Part shown: one piece after another, positions 24,753-36,137 of the stretch
How positions within the stretch are numbered: the stretch's first letter is position 1
Layout: each line of letters begins with the position of its first letter
Assembly: GCA_001179505.1 (NCBI GenBank)
Contig: CDMY01000947.1
Coordinates: 62,001-126,000, forward strand
Length of the DNA: 64,000 nt
Direction: 5' to 3'
Source: Vitrella brassicaformis CCMP3155
Taxonomy: Eukaryota; Protista; Chromerida
The notes under the pieces: generated by a model
Seen by the model: the letters and a program-made list of their open reading frames with translations, nothing else
Database searches by the model: none
What the model was told of the DNA's origin: nothing
Program-made: the position numbers and the translations under genes

Positions 24753-27700
24753 ATGGATGTGGAGGAGCTGAAGGACTTCGTGCTGAGCCAGCAGCTGGTC
24801 GGCCACCAGAAGGCCGTCCGCTGCGTGTGTGTCCTCCGCGACGGGCGGCTGGTGACGGGCGACCTCGACGGCAATGTCATCCTCTGGCGGCGCGCTGAGG
24901 TCGACCACCGGTTCCACCACGAGCGGAGCTTCACGCACCACACCAACTTTGTGTACGCCGTGTGCGGGAGCGAGATCACGGCGGGGGGCGGGGTGTTCTT
25001 CTACACGGGGGGCTATGACAAGCGCGTCTGCCGGGTGTCCGTCGACGGCACCGTCGTGAATCAGTACAAGGTGGGTGGTGGGGTCACTGCGGGGAGGTGG
25101 GGGGCTGGCTGGCTGGTGAGAATGTGTGTGTGTGTGTGTGTATGTGTGTAGGGTCACGACAAGGCCGTCAACTCACTGGTGGAGTTTGGGGGCGGCACGA
25201 GGCTGGTCTCCGGCAGCTGGGACGGTACGGCCAAGGTCTGGAACGTCGAGACCGAGGCGTGCGAGTACACCATGCCCGGACACACACACGCCGGTCAGTC
25301 ATCTCACATGCACACACACACACACTCACACAGTGACACCTCTGCTGGACTCCTTCTCTCTGTCTGTCTGTCTGTCTGTGTCAGTGTGTGTGGCGATCCT
25401 CCCAAATGGCGAGATGGTCACGGGCTCGCAGGACAAGGCCATCCGGTTCTGGCAGGACGGCAGGCTCGTTCGCACCATTGAAGGCTAGTAGCTAAGCTTT
25501 CGCGAGGACGCCCTATGGCGACACACACTCACTGCAAGTGTGTGTGGCGATCCACCAGGTGCTCACGAGGACATAGTGCGCGCCTTTACGGTGATCAAGC
25601 AGGACCCCTCGGCCGCCCACGCGCTGCCCTTTGCCTTTCTGTCGGCGTCAAATGACTGCCACATCAAGGCCTGGGGCCTCGACGGCACGCAGCTCGGCGA
25701 CTACGTCGACCACACCGCCTTCATATTCGGTAGGTACTCTGCAGTGAGTGGAAAACAGGGAGAGATGTGTGTGTCTGTGTGTCTGTCATGTGTTGGCTGG
25801 CATGTTTGGTTCGTTCGTGTAGATGTGAAGGCGTCATCGGTGCATGTGGGTCGGGTGTTCTCTGGTGGTGACGACAAGCTGCTGAAGGTTTGGGATGTGC
25901 GGCTCACTGGCGAGCCGGCACAGCAGTCCATCCTGCACGCCGGCACCGTCTGGCAGGTCAGAGAGAAGCCACCCCACCCACGCCCCTCCACCTCTCTGTA
26001 AGGGTGTGTGTTGAGTGTGTGACGTGACAGGTGTGTGAGCTGCCTAATGGGGATGTGGTGTCGTGTTGTGAGGACGGTGTGGTCCGTGTGTGGACCACCC
26101 ACACACACAGGATGGCCTCGGAGGACGAGAGGGAGCTCCAGAAGAAACTCGCACACGACGTCCGTACGCTACGCACATTTCCATACTGTGGCACATAATA
26201 CACTCACNNNNNNNNNNNNNNNNNNNNNNNNNNNNNNNNNNNNNNNNNNNNNNNNNNNNNNNNNNNNNNNNNNNNNNNNNNNNNNNNNNNNNNNNNNNNN
26301 NNNNNNNNNNNNNNNNNNNNNNNNNNNNNNNNNNNNNNNNNNNNNNNNNNNNNNNNNNNNNNNNNNNNNNNNNNNNNNNNNNNNNNNNNNNNNNNNNNNN
26401 NNNNNNNNNNNNNNNNNNNNNNNNNNNNNNNNNNNNNNNNNNNNNNNNNNNNNNNNNNNNNNNNNNNNNNNNNNNNNNNNNNNNNNNNNNNNNNNNNNNN
26501 NNNNNNNCGACAGACACAGACACATACACACACACACAATGAGTGGTTTGTGTGCAGTCGGCTGCCGAAGAAATGGAGAAGCGCGCCACCCCTGCTGAGT
26601 TCGGGGACCTTCGGGACGTCTCAGAGATCAACGTGCGTGCGTGCGTGAAGAGAGAGCCAAACAGAGAGAGGGATGAGCTCATTTCAAAGACCCCCCATCC
26701 ACCCATCCATCCATCCATCCATCTGTTGGTGGCACGACACGTGTGTTGCAGAGTGTCCGCGGCAGCCGTGTTGGCCAGACGGGGCTGTTCAAGGTGAGGC
26801 AGCAGCACGTCATTCAGCAAATGGCATGTGTGTCGTGTGTTTCCTTGTGCACTGCTGCAGGAGGGCAATCTGGTGGTGGCGTATCAGTGGACGGGCAGCA
26901 AGTGGGAGAGGATCGGGGAGGTCGTCGGCAAGGACAAGGACCAACAGCCGCAGTAAGCCAGCACAGCAAGGAGGGAGGGAGGGAGGCTCACACGCAGGCG
27001 ACCTCTATCTGACTCCAACCACATCTGTCTGTCTGTCTGTCTGTCTGTCTGAGCAGAGGTGCAGGTGGATCGACCATCTCAGTGGGCGACAGAATGTACG
27101 AGGGCGACCAGGTGGCCACACGACAAACATCCACCCATTGCACCGTGTGTATGTCTTGGTGTCTCTGAATGAGTGTGTCGCAGTATTTCCCAGCGGGTCA
27201 GTACGACGCCATCTGGCCAGTGGAGATCGGCAGCGGCGGCAGCAAGGCCAGGCTGCCCTTCAGGATAGGCGACAACCCTCTCGTCGTTGCAGAGAAATTC
27301 ATGTCAGTCAGTACCCACCCCACCGACACACGAGACACCAACACACACACACACACCTGTAACTCTCCTTCCATGGTCTCTATGCAGAGCTCGCGAGGGT
27401 CTGGGGAAGCAGGCCGTCGAGCAGGTGGCGAGCTTCATCCGGCAGCATGCGGCCACGTTGCAGCCTGCACCCAGGGCGCCTCCCACACAGACGCAGCCGA
27501 CGTCGGCAGCGCCCCCATCGGCAGCAGCAGCCTCATCTGCTGCCCCGACGTCACAGGCGCACAAGCCGATGAGCAACGGGACTAAACCGGCGTCTAAACA
27601 CACGAAGCACTTTCCCATCCAGCAGGGGTGAGAGCGGAGGAGGGAGGGGGGCTAGAAGGAGTGGAGACAGGCCATGATGTGTGTGTGTGTGTGTGTGTTC

Positions 27701-29099
27701 AGGCTGATCTTCAAGACGAGCAACGTCGATGCTATGCACAAGAAGCTCGTCGAGTTCGACGAACAGCTGCCCGAGGGCCATGAGGTGGGCGCGGCGCATT
27801 TCACACCCACCACACCGACCACACCCCTTGAATCACCGTGTGTGTGTGTGTGCTGTCGTGTGGTGTGGTGTGCTGTGCTGTGGTGTCTTCTGGTGCACTC
27901 ACTCAGGGCAAGATGACGGACATCGAGAAGGTTTACTTGCGCGAGGCGATGGCCCGGTTCAAGCACGCCAAGTTCCTGGACCAGGAGTTCCGCAACTGCG
28001 AGATGGACCTCTTCTTCAAAAAGTTCCCACACTGGCCGCTGGACAAGGTAGGTACAGTACAAACAAACGTCTGTGTGTGTGTGTGAGGGTTACCCCATCG
28101 GGGGAATGTCTGTCTCCATCTCTCTCCCTCTGTGTGTGTGTGTGTGTGTGTGTGCGGACGGCAGCATTTCCCGGTTATGGATCTTTGGCGTGCGTATTCG
28201 CTGCACCCGCAGAGCACCGACATGCACAAGGGATCGGACGAAGGGTCAGTGGAGTGCCTGGACGTTCGAAGACACACACCTATCTGTCTCTGTGTTGTGT
28301 GTGTGTGTGTGTGGTGGCTGCAGTTGGCACCTGATAGTTCACGCGATGAAGACGGCCAAGGCGGACCCCAACGGCAACGCGGGCGTGTTTGCGCTGCGGT
28401 ACATGGCCAACCTCTTCCACTTCCCCACTAACAAATACGTCATGATGAGGAGGCGACAGCAGGTGACTTGGCACACACATGCGTCACACACAGACGTATA
28501 CACATCTCTCTCTGTGAGTGCGTGTGTGTGGATGTGTGTGGGTGCAGGTGTTGGATGGCCTGGCCGACGCCGAGTTGGCTGCGTCGACCAACAAGAACGT
28601 GCGGATCGCCTTCGCCACCATCCTCTGCAACTACGCCGAGCTCTTCCAGGAGAGGCCTGACCCAGAGGGCGAACAACAGGTGACTGATATATCAGCGACC
28701 ATACACACACATCGATTGTCTCTCCATTCTGCATATTCTGTGTGGCCCCCTCTCCCTCCCTCCCTCCCTCTCTCTGTCTGGGTGCACGCAGCTGGTGTCC
28801 CTCATCGGCGAACACCTTAGCAATGAAACCGACCCTGAGAGCTTCTACAGGTCAGTGAGTGCAGCCGTCACCCGACACACCGTGATATGACACACGCAGT
28901 CTGTCTGATGTCCTCTCTGGCGTGCAGGTCGTGTGTGGCGTTGGGCAGCTGTCTGGTCAAGGACGCCTCTCTCGGCCCGTGGTGTCGCGACCTTGAGATC
29001 GGCGTCTCCCTGACGCAGAAGTCCTCGCCCTTCCCGGCCAGCGAGCAGCGGTGCCGTGACATTGCTGCAGATATCCTCAAGCTAATCCCGCCACCATGA
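24753..29099 (+). CDS. PLAA: PLAA/Doa1/Ufd3 homolog (WD40 + PFU + PUL); multi-exon
   Basis: LVGHQKAVRCV, LVSGSWDGTAKVW, LSASNDCHIKAW; PFU-like YDAIWPVEIG...LPFRIGDNPLVVAEKF; PUL-like KHFPIQQ...WPLDK...FPVMDLWR...ALRYMANLF. Confidence 0.9.
26208..26507. other. Assembly gap (300 N), probably intronic in PLAA
   Basis: 300 N. Confidence 1.
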
Positions 29100-31351
29100 G
29101 TCCCAGACAGACGGGCACATAAGTGTGCCGGTAGATGGGCAGTCTGTGTCTGTTGGAGTTGGTGTGTGTCGTGGGAAGGAGTGGGGCGAGATGGAATGAC
29201 GAGATGATAGTGTGTGTTGCCGTGCCGTGTCGGACAGTCTCTGTCTCGGCATGTATTACTTACAAGTGCTTGTGTGACCTGACTGACACCGGTGCATTCA
29301 TTAATGTGTGAAGCGTTTTTCCGGTCGGTGAGTGACATTCTCTCTCTCATCATCCAAGTGTGCAGTGAGCGCATGTGATGGATGTGTCGCATGCATCAGC
29401 CGTTGAATACGCACTGTCTGGGCACGTGAGTAAGCAAGGACGGTAGGCACGCCTGGCGGACAGATGGAGAGGAGGGAGAGGCGGCCAGGTCAGGTCAGAC
29501 CAGACCAGCCCCACGCCGCCCTGTCTACCGTCCGTCCAACCAACAGATTGTCTGTCTTGTCTTGTCTTTAAAAGCTACACGCATCATCCATCCATCGTAT
29601 AGACCACCATATATAGATATACTCCATAGACATGGATATGGATATGGATATAAGGTATGGACAGGCAGGCAGGCAATCGAGACATTCATTTGTCCATCCA
29701 GCCATTCGTCAGCAGGCAGCCCACACAAATATGCATGCACCAGACAGACAGACAGACAGACGGACGGACCCTCACACACGGGCAGGCATAGCTAGAGAGA
29801 AAGGGAAGGGACTCGTTCGTTGGTTGGTTGGTTGATCAATCGACCGTTATCATATCTATCATGAGTATAGATAGCTACGACGTTGACAGCATACGAATGA
29901 GCACACACACATTCTCATACACACACGCGCACACATACACACATCGACAGACAGACAGGTGGGCAGGCAGGCAGGCAGGCAGAGGCGCGCAGAGCAGACA
30001 GACAGGCCGTACATCCGTACGCAGCGCCCGCCCGCAGCCCTCCCTCCCGACACCATACCGCGTAGCCTGTCCAATGAATCAATGATATCGACACATGACA
30101 CACCACACCACACCACGTGCAATGAGTGAGTGAGTGAATGAATGGATGAAGGGATCAATCAGTCGATGAAGGGGATGAGTGGATAATATCAGTGATACGG
30201 CACGGCGAGGCAGGCAGGCAGGCATCATCAGCCCACACACAATAGGGTGGTGGGGGAATTGCCCAGCAAGGAGCCAGCCAGCCATCCAGGTAGCCAGCCA
30301 TCCATCATCCATCAGAAGGACAAGAGCAACAAGACAGAACCAGACAAGACAGACAAGACAGCAAAACCACACTCTCACTCACAAAGCAGATCTCACACAC
30401 ACTCTCTCTGGCACTCAGACAGCTTTCACGCACTGACATACACGGACGCATGGCATGGCATGGCATGTGTTGTTGTGGTGGATGGCTGGCTGCTATACAA
30501 CCACGGCACAGGCACACACTGACACAGACAGACAGACAGACAGACACACAGTCAGTCAGTCAGTCAGCCAGTAAGGGTGAAAGCACGTCATGCTTCCAAT
30601 GGTGATCCATCCATCCATCCATCCAGATCTCTCTCTCTCTCTCTCCCTCTCCCTCTCTGTGTGCAAGCCAAGCCAAGCCCCTCCATCGGTTCTGTCCACC
30701 GTCCTAAAGAAAAATGCACATGCATCTAATCCTCCTACCGCCACACACACAAGTAATCCAGTACGCAAGGAAGCAAAGCCAAACCACACAAAGCAATGAC
30801 AGCCAGACACAGAGAGAGAGAGAACAAGGTAAAGAAAAAAGAAGTGGGCGGTGTGGTCCTTTTCGGCTTCGGTGATGGGGGGGAGGGGAAAAATGAATGC
30901 CTTTCATGCCACGGGGGGCCACGGTCACAATGAATGGTCACACACACTCCCCCTCTCGCTCACAGCACACGGGCTCACACAGGCGCACACAGGCTCCACA
31001 GGCCGGCACAGGCAGGCACTTGATGATTGTGGTGATCATCGAAATGTTGGAAAATCAGCACGCAGGTGGCGGCAATACGTCAGGAAAACCCTGCCTGCCC
31101 TGCACACTTCTGAAGCGATCCTTCACTCTCCCTCCCTCCCTCCCTCCCCCCTCTTACTGCCCCTCTCGTACCACTCTTTCACAGACCTTTACAGCAGCTG
31201 GCCGGCCTCTCACACAGGCAGGAACACAGGCAGGCAGACAGGCAGACAGGCCAGCACATGCACAGTGAGTGAGTAGTCACTGAATGACATGTATGTCAAG
31301 TGAAAATAGTCGATCCATCACGGCACGAAGAGAGAGAGAGACCAGACCCCA

Positions 31352-32564
31352 TTATGCGGTCGCCTGCTGCTGCTGCAATCTGATGGGGCCATACTTCTCC
31401 TGAGCCAAACAACACAACACACACCAACAGGCAGGCAGCGATGGGTGTGGCGTCGCCGGCTCATCTCTTTCTCTCTCCCTCCCTCCCTCCCTCCCTCTCT
31501 TTACTGACTTCGTAGAGTGCGATGATGAGTGAGCATTTGCCGCGGACCATCGAGTCGGCAAACACCTTGCCCATTTGTCGGATCTCTCGCTCCGCCTCCT
31601 CACGACCCGCTCTCTGCACCAGCAGCCGATCCTTCAACTCGCGAATCTCAGTCTCGAAACACTGACCCATGTACCACAACATCATGTCATGCACCACACA
31701 ACACAAGACGACACACAGGCAGGCCAGTCCATCGCTGAGTGAGTGCGTGGCGCCCATGCCCATTCCTGCTTACGTAGACGGCCCTCTCGAAGCCGAGGGT
31801 GAAAATGGTGTTCTGGAGCGACGGCTGCATGTCGTCACGGTAACTCTGGTCCATACATAAACCATCACACGCACAATATATGACAAAACAACGGTCACGC
31901 ACACTCGTGCAGGTGGTCCATCCATCCATTGTGTGCCACGAAAGATGCCGGCCTTATAGGTAGGCACCTTGTAGAGCAACGACGCGAGATTCCTCAGGCT
32001 GAAGAGGATCTGCTCCTGACACGCCTGGACCGAACCGACAAACACGCAACACGCCCAAAGCGCCATGACTCGTTAGTCGCTGGTTGTCCAGCACACAGCT
32101 GTGTGGGTGACCGGCTGACTGACCTCGATGGTGTGTTTGAGTATGTCGTCGAGGAATGCAGCCAGCGACGCGTAGTCCCTCTGGTCGCTCTCCTCGTCCC
32201 TGTCCGTCGCCACCTCACTCTCGCTCAACGGAGCGGCGCCACCACCTGATGCAACCAACGTACGCCACACACCGACACACGCTGGTGTGTTGATCACTCG
32301 TCTGACGTGACTGATGCATGGCTCTCTCTTACTTGACGACTCTGCGCATGAGGGCCCTCCGCTGTCCTCCTTTCTCGCGACGTGTTGGTCGTCCCTCAGG
32401 CCGCCCCCCTTGTGTGTGTGCGTGTCCAGGGAGGTCACCGCGTGTTGGTGGTGATGCATCGGGGCGCTCTCGTCGGACATGCTGTCGTCATGGCTGCTGA
32501 GCGGCAGCAAACTCACCAGCGACGGGCTGGCGTGGTGATGGTGGCCGTACTGGCTCGCGAACAT
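31352..32564 (-). CDS. Hypothetical protein with His-rich N-terminus and C-terminal coiled coil; multi-exon
   Basis: Exons DYASLAAFLDDILKHTIE, ACQEQILFSLRNLASLLYKVP, FETEIRELKDRLLVQRAGREEAEREIRQM; start uncertain. Confidence 0.55.
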
Positions 32565-32974
32565 GGCTGTGCGCTCGTGTGGGGTGGTTCGGTGGTGCGG
32601 CGCTATTGAGAGAGCATTGAGAGCCGATGGCGGATGAAGGGCCGCGGGGAAAGGGAAGGCTGCGCTGGCGGTTGTCCGTCCGACTGCCTCGCACACGCAA
32701 ATGGCGACCGTCGCTGACGGGCAGCAGTGCCAGTGACACACGCGATATATAAATGCGTCACGAGTCGTTCGCCTCCCAGCCACAGGGAATACGCGTCACC
32801 AGGGCGTGGTGTTGGCAGCTGCGCCAGGCTCCCTCACGTGTCCTCCTTGCGCTTGCTGCTCTCACGATCCATCGCCAAAAGCGCGCAGGGGAGGAAGGGA
32901 AAAGAAGCGAAGAGAACCGAGGCATACGAAGCAGACGCTCCCTCAGTGGTGTCAGGCAAGATCCCGAGAAGGCC

Positions 32975-35166
32975 ATGTTTTCCAAGATCTTTGGGAGAGG
33001 CCGCAAGGCCACAGATCAGGTCAGGATGATGATAAAGGGCACGCAGCACATACGAGCATCATCACTGAGCCAGACACAGACCGTTTCCCTGCTTCGTGTT
33101 GCGACCTGCAGGCCACAGCAGAGGACACCGAGACGAAGGCGTCTGAGGCTGCCGCTGCCGTGCCTCCCACTCCCCCGTCGGTTGCCGAGGCGCAGCCCAC
33201 CCCCGAGAGCGCTCCTGATGCGACCGAGAGCGCCCTGCAGCGGGACGAGGGTGACGCGGGCATCCCTGCGACGTCTCCTGAGACCGAGGAGGCCGGCGCG
33301 ACCGATGAGGCTGCTGCACAGCCACAGTCGACCCGTGCGGCCGAGGCTGAGGAGCCGCCCGCAGAGGACAAGCAAGGTGAGGTGGCCACCCCAGCACCAC
33401 CACCGCCAGCACCAGCAGCAGAGCCACCACCAGCTGCAGCTGCAGCCGTCGAGAAAGCCGCGGAGGAGAAACAGGAAGAGGTGGCAGAGGTGACTGCTAC
33501 CGTCGAGCAGCCGCCCGCTGATGAGGGCGAGGCGAAGGAGGAAACGCCCGCTGAGGCCGGGGCCGAGGTCGAGGAGGAGGCGCCGAAGGAGAAAGACAAG
33601 GAGGAGGAGGAAGAGGAGGAGGAGGAGCCGGCCCCTGCTGCTGCCGCTGGTGGTGCTGCTGCTGCGATGCTCGCTGCTGAGGCCGAGGGTGGGACACCCA
33701 AGCCGATGGAGGGGCGTGTGCTGACCGAGGACGAGTTTAAGCGCGGCGAGACCATGAGAACCATCGACAACCTCCAGACGGAGATACAGGTGCGTGCTGT
33801 GATGCGGACCGTCATGGAAGGGGGGCCCTGAATGGCTCTGGTTGTGTGTGTGGCTGGGTGCGTGTGTCAGGCGTTGCACACCGAGTTGGAAGAGGAGAAC
33901 CGTCTGCACGAGCAGCGCAACCAAACCTGCGACCAGCTCAAGACCATCGTCAAGACACTCATGGAAATGCGCAACCAGGTAAGGTACACACACACGCTAC
34001 ACAAGCCACCGACCCACCGGGCCACTCACTCTCTCACTCACTGGTCTTTGTTACCCGCCATCTGTCTGAAGGTTGACGAGGGCAACAAGGACGTGGCCAT
34101 TCCCGACCTCGATGAGCTCTTCAAGGATATCGACCTCACCGTCGGCACCGACACAACCACCATGACCCACCAGACCGACAGGAGCGCCATGCACAGGCAG
34201 AGACGCAGAAGACCAAACCGCATGAGGGGCGGCGGCGGCAGTGGTCGGCACGAGAGGGCAGGTGGTGAGGAGGACGAGTACTACGAGGAGGCGGCGCCCG
34301 AGGCCGCCCCCCCCGACGAGGAGCCATCACACGAGGCCAACGGACCTGAGGCAGCAGGCGGCGCATCGGGCCGAGCCGGCGCCAACCGACAGCGACAGAG
34401 AAGACGTAGGAGCGGAAGTAAAGGTACCTACCCACGGCAGCCAACCAACCCTGCAGCACTATCACCTCACTCAACTGACCGTGTCTGTCTCATCCTTCCT
34501 TTCATTCTTCTCTCCTATCAGGTCAGCAGGGTGGCGCCGAGGGTGCTGCTGCGGAGGTCTCCCCGGCGAGCGGCTCTCGCATCGGCCCCGGCGTCAAGAT
34601 CACCCCACAGGGCGCCGCACCAGCCGGCGGTGGTGGCGGCAAGCAGCGAGGAGGCGGGCAGCGCAACGGCCCCCCTTCTGCGCTCTTCTCCCGGGCCATG
34701 GTGCAGGCCAATGCCAACGCCGAGGCCAGGCAGGGTGGTGGTGGTGGTGGTGGTGGGAGACGGCCGCTGGTGGTCGTGGACGAAGGGGAGGGGGGGAGAG
34801 GGGGCCGCAAGGGAAGTGGTGCTGGTGGTGGGGGTGGAGGTGGAGGCAAGGCTGATGTGCACCCTGAGGCTGAGTCGATCCGACAGCAGATGAGGGACGC
34901 CACCAACGAGGACGGGCTCAAGGAAGCCATCAGACGGGTGAGTGCAGTCTAGCGCGACACAGTACTTAGTGATGAATGGATGGATGAATGGATGAATGGA
35001 TGGATGGCGTGTTGTCTTGTTATGTGTGTGTATGTATGTGTGTGTCGATCAGGCAAAGGAGCTGAAGCTCGACCATGAGGTCAAGTTGGCCGAGAGGAAG
35101 CTGCAGAAGTTCCAGGAAGGCGGAGCGGGAGGGGGGGCTGCATCTGCTGCAGGGGAGGCGCCCTGA
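32975..35166 (+). CDS. Hypothetical Ala/Glu-rich acidic protein with central coiled coil; multi-exon
   Basis: MFSKIFGRGRK...; TMRTIDNLQTEIQ|ALHTELEEENRLHEQRNQ; C-terminal SIRQQMRDATNEDGLKEAIRR|AKELKLDHEVKLAERKLQK; stop 35164-35166. Confidence 0.7.
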
Positions 35167-36137
35167 TGCGCCGTGGAGCATTCCATGCATTATGTGTGGT
35201 GTGTGTACACATACACATACATAACTGAGACAGGTTTTCAATCCTCGGGTCGGTGGGGGCTGTGATGCTTGGCTGATGCCTTAATTGCTACGTCCTTGTG
35301 TGAGGTGTGCGTTTCGTGTTTTCACTCGTCTGCCTCACGTGGATGGGGGTCAGTCGGCAGCAATGGATGAGCATGCCATTGACGCCAGCTCGCACCCAGC
35401 CGCGTAAGGTGGACGTGTGAAGACTGTCGGGTCACGCCCAGTCCATCACAATGGAGACAGTGTGCGCCTCCACTGGTCGTCTCTCCCTCTCCCTCTCCCT
35501 CCCTCCCTCCCTCCCTCCTGTTGCTGACTTACTTGCTCTTTGTGTTGAGTGCGCTGTCTGTATGTGTGTGGGTGTGTGTGTGCGTCAGTGAGCCGATTTG
35601 AATTCGTGTCATGTGATGTGTGTGTGTGTGTATGTGTGTGGTGTATGTGAATGCATCATTCGGTCAGACTAGTGATTTCAAAGCACACACGGTATTGATA
35701 TATCTAGTGTCTGCCTTCGGTCGGCCGAGCCATTGATTGCTGGGGGATGAACGGGAGAATGAATGAATGAATGAATGGTGTGTGGTGAAGTGGGTGGGCG
35801 GGAGGGGTGGGTGGGGCGGGAGGGAGGGTGAGAGGGGGCCAGGGAGGCTTAGTTGTTCCCTGCCTGCTCCCTCTCGTTAAGGTCGGTTGATATCGAGTGT
35901 CTCCATCTGCCAGGGGAATGGGGCCTTGACAATACAGTGACATTTTTGCCGCAACAATTGGGGGAAGAATCGCCTGTCTGCCTGTCTGTCAGTCTCTGTG
36001 TGCGTGTGTGTGAGAGGTCAACTGACTGCCGTTCGCTGGCATCAACGAAATTGATGATGAGTGTTGGCAGATGGCCACGACAAGTCTCGGTCCGCACACG
36101 AGCACAGACACCCATGGCCACAACACAAACATCCATC

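Noticed and set aside
29100-31350. Many short ORFs rich in VCVC/THTH/SIHP and regular short repeats
   Set aside because: These are translations of (GT)n, (GGAT)n and (GACA)n microsatellites; no CRISPR-like repeat-spacer structure or coding signal.
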